64,000 nucleotides of DNA from the IMG/VR virus record IMGVR_UViG_3300044631_002183, positions 32,001 through 96,000 of that record; one strand, 5' to 3'. A program made the position numbers and the translations under genes. Source of the stretch: a virus. This document shows, in pieces, positions 56,619-64,000 of this stretch (position 1 is its first letter; every line of letters starts with the position of its first letter). Under the pieces are notes generated by a model, which did not search any database, had not been told where the DNA came from, and saw nothing but the letters and a program-made list of their open reading frames with translations.

Positions 56619-57316
56619 ACAAAATAATAGGAATATCAGGACTAGCAGGAGACGGCAAAGACTCTTTGTGCAATATGCTAAGAGTTTTATTTGAAGGCTC
56701 TGGATATGCATTTGAGCGCATGGCTTTGGCCGACGAATTGAAGGAGGAGTGCCGCGAAGCCTTAAAGTCTATGTATAATATAAATCCAATACTATGCTCA
56801 AGAGAAGAGAAGGCTCTTATTAGAGATTTCTTAGTTTTTTATGCTAAAGTAAAACGTGAAGAATCTAAAGGAACTCATTGGATTGGAAAACTAGCTAAAA
56901 AAATTTCTAGTCTACCAAAAATTGAGTCCGATAGAATAATTTGCATCCCAGATGTTCGTCACGCTCAATATGAACACGACGAGGTTGCTTGGATTAAAAA
57001 AAATAAAGGCATCTTAATTCATGTCAAGAAGTATCAACTAGAAGAAACTTTTACTTTCAAGAAATCTTATTCTATTCCAGTTAATAATGAAGAGGCGACA
57101 CACACCCCAAAGCTAGAAGCTCTTGCTGATTTTGTTATTGAATGGCAAGATACTTCTCCTGTCGCTCCTGAAAACAGCCACTTCTCAAGAGAATCAGTTG
57201 TTGAATTATTTATTCTTATCAGAGACTCGTTCCTTGTTGACCCACCTAAAGAGACAAAGCGTCTCAGCAAGTCTCAAAAGATTCGTAAAAACATAGAAAA
57301 ACTAAAGAAAATATAG
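56615..57316 (+). CDS. Deoxynucleoside monophosphate kinase (T4 gp1-like)
   Basis: IIGISGLAGDGKDS, ALADELK, IPDVRH..E; start at ATG 56615 (ATGA overlap). Confidence 0.75.
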   Translation: MNKIIGISGLAGDGKDSLCNMLRVLFEGSGYAFERMALADELKEECREALKSMYNINPILCSREEKALIRDFLVFYAKVKREESKGTHWIGKLAKKISSLPKIESDRIICIPDVRHAQYEHDEVAWIKKNKGILIHVKKYQLEETFTFKKSYSIPVNNEEATHTPKLEALADFVIEWQDTSPVAPENSHFSRESVVELFILIRDSFLVDPPKETKRLSKSQKIRKNIEKLKKI

Positions 57317-57332
57317 TGGCACGGCCTCTGCT
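57317..57332 (+). promoter_or_regulatory. Putative sigma54 (-24/-12) promoter
   Basis: TGGCACGGCCTCTGCT versus the consensus TGGCACG-N4-TTGCW, correctly spaced, ~15 nt before ATG 57347. Confidence 0.55.
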
Positions 57333-57346
57333 TGAATGAGATACCT

Positions 57347-57682
57347 ATGTATTACACACTTAAATCATCAACTCAATTGACTAAAGAACTCAACAGCTAC
57401 CTAACATTAGACTTGTGGAAAGAAACAGAAGAGGCGTTCAAATTAGAGCTTGACACTCCGGGCTTTTCAAAGAATGAAATAACTGTTACTTCTAAAGGAA
57501 ATGTTGTTTGCGTCACCATTTCTCCAAAACAAGGAAACAAGAGAACCCCATTCTCAGCAGAATACAAGCTGCCAAACTCTGCTGTCGTTTCTGAATCTAT
57601 TGCTCATCTTGAAGATGGTGTTCTAAAGATAATCGTTCCTAAAAAAGAACAAGAAAAAGTTAATGTAATTCCTATAAAATAA
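57347..57682 (+). CDS. Small heat shock protein (Hsp20)
   Basis: LELDTPGFSKNEI, F...YKLP, AHLEDGVLKIIVPK (alpha-crystallin domain). Confidence 0.9.
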   Translation: MYYTLKSSTQLTKELNSYLTLDLWKETEEAFKLELDTPGFSKNEITVTSKGNVVCVTISPKQGNKRTPFSAEYKLPNSAVVSESIAHLEDGVLKIIVPKKEQEKVNVIPIK

Positions 57683-57720
57683 TTTGACTTTTTTTATATC
57701 GCCGCAACAATATAGTTGCT

Positions 57721-57909
57721 ATGAATAAGTACACTATTACGGTTACAGAGTCTGCCGCAGGAACATTTGCGGTAACTGATGTTCAGAAGGCTGTTAAGAT
57801 CAATCAGCATCGAACCGATGCTAAGCGTATGCCTCGTAACGCATTCGGCTTTTCTGCTGCATCAGATCCTCAAAGCTTGACCAAGCGAGCAACTCGCCGT
57901 AGTCGCTAA
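57721..57909 (+). CDS. Small basic hypothetical protein
   Basis: 62-aa ORF flanked by a TTGACT-N16-AACAAT promoter-like element and a strong terminator. Confidence 0.65.
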   Translation: MNKYTITVTESAAGTFAVTDVQKAVKINQHRTDAKRMPRNAFGFSAASDPQSLTKRATRRSR

Positions 57910-57916
57910 AACAACT

Positions 57917-57943
57917 GGGGGAGCGAAAGCTCCCCCTTTTTTT
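57917..57943 (+). terminator. Rho-independent terminator abutting the next ATG
   Basis: GGGGGAGC-GAAA-GCTCCCCC-TTTTTTT, then ATG at 57944. Confidence 0.85.
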
Positions 57944-58141
57944 ATGGACAATTTAGATATGCTTATTAAAACCTCTGAGTTCTATGAAGCGGAGGCCGAA
58001 AGACTCTTGGAGAAGCTGCGATCTTGCAAAACAAAAAAGCAAACACTAGATGTCGTTGCAGAGCTTAAGTCTTTGAAGCAAAAGATTAAATTTGAGATAA
58101 ATCAAATCTCTAAAATTCTAGAAGACAACGCAGAATATTAA
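57944..58141 (+). CDS. Small coiled-coil hypothetical protein
   Basis: 65-aa helical ORF; its stop overlaps the convergent gene's stop (TTAA). Confidence 0.5.
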   Translation: MDNLDMLIKTSEFYEAEAERLLEKLRSCKTKKQTLDVVAELKSLKQKIKFEINQISKILEDNAEY

Positions 58142-58662
58142 TAAGCAGTATAGCCATAAGTTCTTCCTGATCTGATGTATGGATAATTGTCTGGAAAAGC
58201 TCCAGCAACAATATCGTCTCCAACAACTTGGCCGGGAACAAACTTTTTGCCTCTGTAGGCGCTGATTAGCAACTTTAGGGATTCTTCCTCTTGTTTCTTT
58301 TCGGCGCTTACTGTTTTTATCAGTTGATTTTTATCTAGTTTTCTGACCTTTGTGTCATTGTGAGTTACTTCTATAACATCATCGGAATCTGTAGAAGTCA
58401 ATTTAGATCTAATGATTACAGCATATCTGTGTATTATGTACATCTTTTTTAGGATTGCTACAGCATTAATATCTATTTGAACTGTTGTGTTGTCTGCGTC
58501 AACTATCTCATAGGTTGTTTCATCAACTACAAAATTAGAAAAAAGATAACTATTAAGCGCCCCGACATTCGCTCTAACCCAAAAAGCTATAGCCGCGATA
58601 CTTAAATCGCTTGGGCTATTTAAATCAAAATATATTTCTTGAGCTATGTCAACAACCTTCAT
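58138..58662 (-). CDS. Hypothetical protein, possibly head-tail connector/neck
   Basis: 174-aa ORF at the end of the tail-fibre operon, with a GTGTAA motif 9 nt upstream of its ATG. Function is a guess from size and context. Confidence 0.45.
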   Translation of the reverse strand: MKVVDIAQEIYFDLNSPSDLSIAAIAFWVRANVGALNSYLFSNFVVDETTYEIVDADNTTVQIDINAVAILKKMYIIHRYAVIIRSKLTSTDSDDVIEVTHNDTKVRKLDKNQLIKTVSAEKKQEEESLKLLISAYRGKKFVPGQVVGDDIVAGAFPDNYPYIRSGRTYGYTAY

Positions 58663-58671
58663 ATGTTATAA

Positions 58672-59253
58672 TTACACAAAAATAGTCTGATCTGGGTTAT
58701 ATTTTGGCATATGAGGAAAAGGCGGTATAGAAATATTCGGCGCAGATGTAGGAATAATAGGCCAAGTTACTGTAGAAAGATCTTCTACATTAAACAAATC
58801 TCTTAACTGTTGTCTAAATACAGCAAAATCTGTTCTTGCGTCTTGAGAAATTGGCACGTCAGGGATTTGAGTGAAATCAGTCATTTTCAAATACTGGTCT
58901 CTTATTGGAGTAACGTTTGCAATAAAAATTTTATCTAATGTTTCTATATCTGCAGAATCTAAGTCAGCAAGAAAATACTGTATATTGACGACCTTAAGAT
59001 TTTGGTCTAATGAAATTTGAGATTTTATTTTCTGATTAACCCCACAAATTGGCTTAGTTGAATCTATAAATTTCCAAAAAGCATAGCCCGCTAAACCAGT
59101 CCAGCTTAAATCAAACATTAAGTCTGGAGAATTTATTGCGACATTTGCAAAGCCAGAAGTTTCTCCAAAGTTTTCTGGCAAGAAAGTCGGGCCATACTGC
59201 ATTATGTACGACTGAGATGCGTCGTCCCATTTCATGTAATAATATTGGTTCAT
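58672..59253 (-). CDS. Tail fibre assembly chaperone
   Basis: RDQYLKMTDFTQIPD.P......AVFRQQLRDL....VTWP, a typical Tfa/tail assembly chaperone motif. Confidence 0.8.
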   Translation of the reverse strand: MNQYYYMKWDDASQSYIMQYGPTFLPENFGETSGFANVAINSPDLMFDLSWTGLAGYAFWKFIDSTKPICGVNQKIKSQISLDQNLKVVNIQYFLADLDSADIETLDKIFIANVTPIRDQYLKMTDFTQIPDVPISQDARTDFAVFRQQLRDLFNVEDLSTVTWPIIPTSAPNISIPPFPHMPKYNPDQTIFV

Positions 59254-59256
59254 AAT

Positions 59257-59979
59257 TTAAACTAAAGCTGTAAAGTTGTATTTTAAATAATATCTTCTTG
59301 CTATATCATCGTGTTCTGCTGCCGTTAATCTAGATCCATTCCAAAACATAAAATGACCTAAACGAATTGCTGATTGATAGTTATCCGTGAATCCTCCATA
59401 TTTGCAGATTCCCACTCTTCCCGCTGTTGAGGCTGCATATGGGCCTCCAGTTGCTGTTCCCCCATCTGTTCCATTTGCTCTATAAATTTTAAATATTGAT
59501 CCTGCGCCACCGCCGGTAAAATCATTAGTTACTGCAACCATATAAAAAGTATTTGCTATATTACCATAAGAAGAGCTTGATAAAACAGCGACTCCATTTC
59601 TTGAATATCGCATAGGGCCAAAAGTATCATTCCATCCAATCCACCAGTCATGAGTGCTAGAAGCGTAAGCTCCAGCTATAATACATGGAAAACCAACCAT
59701 TGCCCCGCTTGGACCAGTTTGTATTCCTATATGAATAGAGTAGTCATTTTGATGAGTAATATTTGCGCATTGTATTGTTTTGCCGCTAGTATTTGTTGTG
59801 TTATTTATATCTAACATTCCGCACCTAAAAGATCCAAGCCAATTAGCATCCGCCGTCATATTATTGACAGTTCCGTTGTTTCCATTTCCACTCAAATCAG
59901 GAATTGAAGTGTTAAACGCTGTTAAAGCGCTTGCTCCATATCCTTGAGTAAAATCATATCGTATTGTTGGTGCTGGCAT
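59257..59979 (-). CDS. LamG/concanavalin-A-like domain virion protein
   Basis: DLSGNGNNGT start and beta-sandwich pattern ending in FWNGSRLTAAE. Confidence 0.65.
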   Translation of the reverse strand: MPAPTIRYDFTQGYGASALTAFNTSIPDLSGNGNNGTVNNMTADANWLGSFRCGMLDINNTTNTSGKTIQCANITHQNDYSIHIGIQTGPSGAMVGFPCIIAGAYASSTHDWWIGWNDTFGPMRYSRNGVAVLSSSSYGNIANTFYMVAVTNDFTGGGAGSIFKIYRANGTDGGTATGGPYAASTAGRVGICKYGGFTDNYQSAIRLGHFMFWNGSRLTAAEHDDIARRYYLKYNFTALV

Positions 59980-59980
59980 A

Positions 59981-60709
59981 TTATTTAGATCCTGTTCTAT
60001 ATGCTACTCTTTGATAGCTTCTATCTGCCGCGTTAAACATAAATTTATCAAGCCCCGGATTTGTAGTACCTAAACTAAAATAGGCGTTAGATCCTGATCC
60101 GAATGTGATGTAAGCATTGCTTCCAACATACGCAATTGTTCTAGCTGTGCCGAAAAAAGTAGTTGAAGTTATTGGAACATTTACAAAGCTGTCGTCTACG
60201 CTTCCATTTTGTAAACTTGTCCAACCGCTTGGAGGCCAAGTTCCTGTAGAAGAGGCCCCCAACGATGGAGCTGTTGATCCGGATGCGCTTAACGCTCCAT
60301 TTATATATTGATAGCTAGAATAAAATGTAGTAGCAGTTATCGCAGCATTCCAAACATAAGTAGTATTCGCTGTTGGCGAGAATGAGACTCCAGATCCTGT
60401 GGCGCTATAATGCCCAGATATTCCTCCAGTATTTGCCCAGTTCCCCAACCTCAACTCTACTTGCCCATTTACAAACAAATAGATTTCATAAATACAATTA
60501 CTTGCCCCCGGCGTTCCGCTTGTAGAAGATCCGCCCTCGAATCTTATTTGGGTAAAGTTGACGGCAGATCCCCCTCCAGTACCCCCAGTACCTCCGGTTC
60601 CTCCAGTGCCTCCTGTTCCGCTTGATCCGCTTGATCCACTTGTGCCAAAATTTGGATTAATATATGGCAATCCCCAAGAGTTTGTTAATCCAGATCCTAT
60701 AAAAATCAT
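59981..60709 (-). CDS. Tail-associated protein with GT/GS repeat and nidogen-like beta domain
   Basis: GTSGSSGSSGTGGTGGTGG linker; DDSFVNV...FFG....AYVGSNAYITFG motif. Confidence 0.55.
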   Translation of the reverse strand: MIFIGSGLTNSWGLPYINPNFGTSGSSGSSGTGGTGGTGGTGGTGGGSAVNFTQIRFEGGSSTSGTPGASNCIYEIYLFVNGQVELRLGNWANTGGISGHYSATGSGVSFSPTANTTYVWNAAITATTFYSSYQYINGALSASGSTAPSLGASSTGTWPPSGWTSLQNGSVDDSFVNVPITSTTFFGTARTIAYVGSNAYITFGSGSNAYFSLGTTNPGLDKFMFNAADRSYQRVAYRTGSK

Positions 60710-63700
60710 ATAGTAAATCCTGTGCTATCTAAGTTTTGAGCTATTATAGATCCAAACCATCCGCTATTATAACTAATAGAAGTGAAAGCAAAAACATCGC
60801 ATCTTCCATTCACATTAGTTAATGTAGGATTTATACCTCCGGGCCAGTATATTCCAGATCCTGTCCAAGCAATCGCATTACTTCCAAGATATTTAATTAC
60901 TGCTATTACAGTTTCAGCATTTCCTGTAGCCGATCCTCTACTGGAAAATGATACAGAAGTAGCGCTAACGCCACTATTCATTTGCACAACAAAAACATTT
61001 CCGTAGTTCAAATCAAATGGTATAGCTCCATTAGCAGCAAGAATATAAGATGTTCCTTTGCCCATTATAGATCCAGCTACTCCTAATTTATTACCATTAA
61101 ATGTTAGATTCGCTTCACCATTTAATCCTGAACCAGTAGCTGTAACAACATAGTTGTCTACGTTGTTTGTTATAGTAGCTCCAGCTCCTTGAGACCCAGT
61201 GGAGCCTAATCCGCCAGTGCCACCAGTTCCCCCTGTTCCTCCTGTTCCCCCTTGCGAGCCTTGAATGCCTTGAGATCCGGTAGACCCCAAGCCGCCGGTT
61301 CCTCCAGTGCCACCTGTGCCTCCTGTGCCTCCTTGAGAACCAGTAACTCCAATGAGCCCTGCTGGACCCACTCTTCTAGCAGTAGATATGACTGTATTTT
61401 GTGCGGCGTTCCCAGTGTATCCAACATTTGTTAAAGTAACTGAAGTAGTGCTACTCCAAGAATTAATTGAAAAGTATCCAGCGTTTTCTATATATATAAT
61501 TTGACTTACTTGCATCCAGTCAGTATTTCCTACGCTCACTACAACAGTTGAGGAAACCGCTGGCATGGTAAATGCCGCCGTAGTTGTAGTAAACGCGTTT
61601 CGGCCAGCAGACCCAGTAGAGCCTATAGATCCTGTAGAACCAATTCCACCAGTTCCGCCTGTTCCGCCTGTTCCGCCTTGAGATCCTTGTATGCCTTGAG
61701 ATCCAGTCGAACCTATTCCTCCAGTGCCTCCTGTTCCACCTTGAGAACCTTGGATACCTTGAGATCCAGTTGAACCTATCCCGCCAGTACCTCCGGTCCC
61801 ACCAGTTCCACCTGTGGCTCCAGTAGAACCAATGCCTCCAGTGCCTCCTGTAGCGCCAGCAGACCCGGCGCTTCCAGACTCACCCATTGGCCCGAAAGCT
61901 ACGTTTGTTAATCCCAATGTAGAAGATATAGTATAAAAACTTGCATCTAAATATAAAGGACTTCCTACAGCTCTTGAAACTGTCCTTTGAACTACTCCAT
62001 CTTTCCAATATCTTATATTAAATCCATCATAAGTTATAGAACATACTGTACTTGTTGTATAAGAACCGGATTGACCAATATCTGATCCATTTTCATAAAT
62101 TCTTAACGTTCCATCTCCGACAAAATACCAAGCATAGTCAATACTAGTATATGAAGCATCTAATGTTGGATCAGTGTTTAATCCAATCATTACATATACT
62201 CCAGTAGTATTAGATCGCATTGAGCAGTAAACACCTCTAGTATAACTTTGAGTGGAATAAAGGTGTCCATCCCAAGTATTTGCATTTCCAGAAGCTTTTA
62301 CAAATGACGTGCTATCTGCTCCATAAGTAACTCCTCCACCAAAATTAGGAGTCCAATCCGAAGCGCCTCTTGCTCCTGTTCCGCCAGTACCGCCTGTGCC
62401 TCCTTGAGATCCTGTAGACCCTATTCCTCCAGTGCCGCCAGTGCCTCCTTGAGACCCTGTAGATCCTATTCCTCCAGTGCCACCAGTGCCTCCTTGAGAC
62501 CCTGTAGATCCTATTCCTCCAGTGCCACCAGTGCCTCCTTGAGACCCTGTAGAGCCAATCCCACCAGTGCCACCAGTGCCGCCTGTGCCTCCTTGCGACC
62601 CTTGAATTCCTTGAGACCCAGTTGATCCAATACCACCAGTTCCGCCGGTTCCTCCAGTGCCACCTGTCCCGCCTTGAGAGCCCATTGAACCAGAAGTCCC
62701 AGAGCTTCCAGAGCTTGAAGCATTTATTTTTGTTCTTACTTGCCCATCTGCTTCTATAACCAGAACGTTGTTGCTAGTTCCAGTCGATATTCCAGTGAAT
62801 CTAATATTTCCACTTACATCTAACTTATATTGAGGATTTGGCTGGCCTATTCCAACCTTGTTGCCGCTAATAGTAAAATCTCCGCTATTAAATTGTCCGG
62901 CTTTAATTGTATTATTAGCAAATACTTCAAATACTGGTAAACCAGCAATAGTATTTACAGACATCAAAGAATCAGAAAGATCATCTATAATAGAAAATAA
63001 TCCACCATTTGTCCCATCTGCTCTTATTAATGTATCCCCAGATACAGCAGAAACCGCATGTATTTTTCCAGATGGTGTGGTTGTTCCTACTCCAAGATTT
63101 CCAGCATTAAACCATTGATTTGTTGTGTCAAATTGTAATCTATTAGCAGAGCTATAATTAAAAGACAATAAACCATCACCAGCATTATTTGTTAATACGA
63201 AAGACCTTGTCGCATTTGATATAGCAAATTGAGGGGCGCTCGCGGCATAAGCTGTTAATAACCAACTTGGGCTAGTTGTACCTATTCCAATATTAGTTCC
63301 ATTATCATATATGTTAGAATTTGTTAAAGTTGTTGCAGAATTAAATTTAGCGACATATCCAGATGAGCCAGACAAGCTTGCGCTAGATCCTTGAGACCCA
63401 ATTCCGCCAGTTCCTCCTGTCCCGCCGGTTCCGCCGGTTCCGCCAGTGCCGCCCTGAAATCCTTGTATTCCTTGTGAACCTGTGGAGCCTATTCCTCCAG
63501 TACCACCTGTTCCTCCAGTTCCTCCCTGAGAACCAGTTGATCCTCTTGAACCAACAGAACCTAGAGACCCGAAAGAACCTTGAATACCTTGAGACCCAGT
63601 TGACCCAATGCCCCCTGTCCCACCTGTACCGCCTGTCCCTCCAGTTCCGCCAGTAGAACCAGATGTACCAGACGATCCCGAAGTTCCTGAAGAGCCGCTT

Positions 63701-64000
63701 GTTCCAGAAGACCCACCCGATCCGGAAGTACCAGAGCTTCCAGAAGAACCAGAGGAGCCAGAGGAGCCGCTGCTGCCAGCTTCACCCATAGGCCCGAATG
63801 CTACATTTGTTATTCCTTGAGAATTCGCAGAATAAAAACTAGAATCAAAATAAAGAGCATTTCCAAGTCCTCTAGCAACAGTTCTTTGTATTACCCCATC
63901 TTTCCAGTATCTTACATTGGCTCCATCATAAGTAATTGCTAAAACTGTGCTTGCAGTATAAGCTATTCCAGTAAGTACCGCAACATTGTTTTCCCATATC
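60706..64000 (-). CDS. Long collagen-like (Gly-X-Y) tail fibre protein, 5'-truncated by window edge
   Basis: Frame is open from the window end through ATG 63789. Gly-X-Y blocks rich in Ser/Thr, NIGIGTTSP-type fibre repeats, a duplicated globular domain ending ITNVAFGPMGE/LTNVAFGPMGE, and a C-terminal WPGG..PTLT...DVF domain. Confidence 0.8.
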   Translation of the reverse strand, partial: IWENNVAVLTGIAYTASTVLAITYDGANVRYWKDGVIQRTVARGLGNALYFDSSFYSANSQGITNVAFGPMGEAGSSGSSGSSGSSGSSGTSGSGGSSGTSGSSGTSGSSGTSGSTGGTGGTGGTGGTGGIGSTGSQGIQGSFGSLGSVGSRGSTGSQGGTGGTGGTGGIGSTGSQGIQGFQGGTGGTGGTGGTGGTGGIGSQGSSASLSGSSGYVAKFNSATTLTNSNIYDNGTNIGIGTTSPSWLLTAYAASAPQFAISNATRSFVLTNNAGDGLLSFNYSSANRLQFDTTNQWFNAGNLGVGTTTPSGKIHAVSAVSGDTLIRADGTNGGLFSIIDDLSDSLMSVNTIAGLPVFEVFANNTIKAGQFNSGDFTISGNKVGIGQPNPQYKLDVSGNIRFTGISTGTSNNVLVIEADGQVRTKINASSSGSSGTSGSMGSQGGTGGTGGTGGTGGIGSTGSQGIQGSQGGTGGTGGTGGIGSTGSQGGTGGTGGIGSTGSQGGTGGTGGIGSTGSQGGTGGTGGIGSTGSQGGTGGTGGTGARGASDWTPNFGGGVTYGADSTSFVKASGNANTWDGHLYSTQSYTRGVYCSMRSNTTGVYVMIGLNTDPTLDASYTSIDYAWYFVGDGTLRIYENGSDIGQSGSYTTSTVCSITYDGFNIRYWKDGVVQRTVSRAVGSPLYLDASFYTISSTLGLTNVAFGPMGESGSAGSAGATGGTGGIGSTGATGGTGGTGGTGGIGSTGSQGIQGSQGGTGGTGGIGSTGSQGIQGSQGGTGGTGGTGGIGSTGSIGSTGSAGRNAFTTTTAAFTMPAVSSTVVVSVGNTDWMQVSQIIYIENAGYFSINSWSSTTSVTLTNVGYTGNAAQNTVISTARRVGPAGLIGVTGSQGGTGGTGGTGGTGGLGSTGSQGIQGSQGGTGGTGGTGGTGGLGSTGSQGAGATITNNVDNYVVTATGSGLNGEANLTFNGNKLGVAGSIMGKGTSYILAANGAIPFDLNYGNVFVVQMNSGVSATSVSFSSRGSATGNAETVIAVIKYLGSNAIAWTGSGIYWPGGINPTLTNVNGRCDVFAFTSISYNSGWFGSIIAQNLDSTGFTI
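62397..62592. repeat. Near-perfect 45-bp tandem repeat (about 4 copies) inside the tail fibre gene
   Basis: Unit cctccttgagaccctgtagatcctattcctccagtgccaccagtg encodes GIGSTGSQGGTGGTG on the - strand. Confidence 0.8.

Noticed and set aside
62397-62592. Possible CRISPR array or DGR repeat
   Set aside because: Contiguous in-frame 45-bp coding repeats with no unique spacers; no cas or reverse transcriptase gene in the window.
1536-63820. Numerous 60-135 aa ORFs nested in or antisense to long genes (e.g. 1678-1944, 22757-23290, 49391-50585, 56183-56584, 60782-63820)
   Set aside because: They lie entirely within well-supported genes and have no motifs or expression signals, so they were treated as shadow ORFs.
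1-64000. Stop-codon reassignment (alternative genetic code)
   Set aside because: Code 11 gives near-complete coding density with intact long ORFs, and TAA, TAG and TGA all end genes.

Overview
This window looks like part of a large (jumbo-type) dsDNA bacteriophage genome: AT-rich, densely coding in genetic code 11, with no rRNA, tRNA or CRISPR seen. Layout: (1) 1-20770, + strand, large unannotatable genes that are probably virion structural (up to 3218 aa). (2) 20771-34314, - strand, replication/recombination: a DnaE-type polymerase split into PHP, DEDDh exonuclease and catalytic genes, primase, DnaB, RecA, nucleases and SSB/annealing-like proteins. (3) 34333-48769, - strand, a ~14 kb nucleotide-sugar and glycosyltransferase island (Gmd, ColD, Fcl/ColC, HddA, a TPP enzyme pair, a B12 radical SAM enzyme, RmlC, six GTs), with three more GT ORFs elsewhere. 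(4) Class II RNR, a phage sigma factor, dUTPase, HNH, dNMP kinase and Hsp20. (5) A tail-fibre module with Ser/Thr-rich Gly-X-Y repeats that runs off the right edge. The most novel-looking element is a ~460-nt, highly structured, promoter-driven non-coding RNA candidate (about 53317-53771, - strand) directly upstream of the sigma factor gene. Other notable signals: a recurring TTGAC-N16/17-nAnnnT promoter set implying leaderless mRNAs, a possible branched-sugar glycosylation system paired with GSS/GTS low-complexity tags in virion proteins, and two small genes missing from the ORF track. All family assignments come from motifs recognised by eye; no database searches were run.
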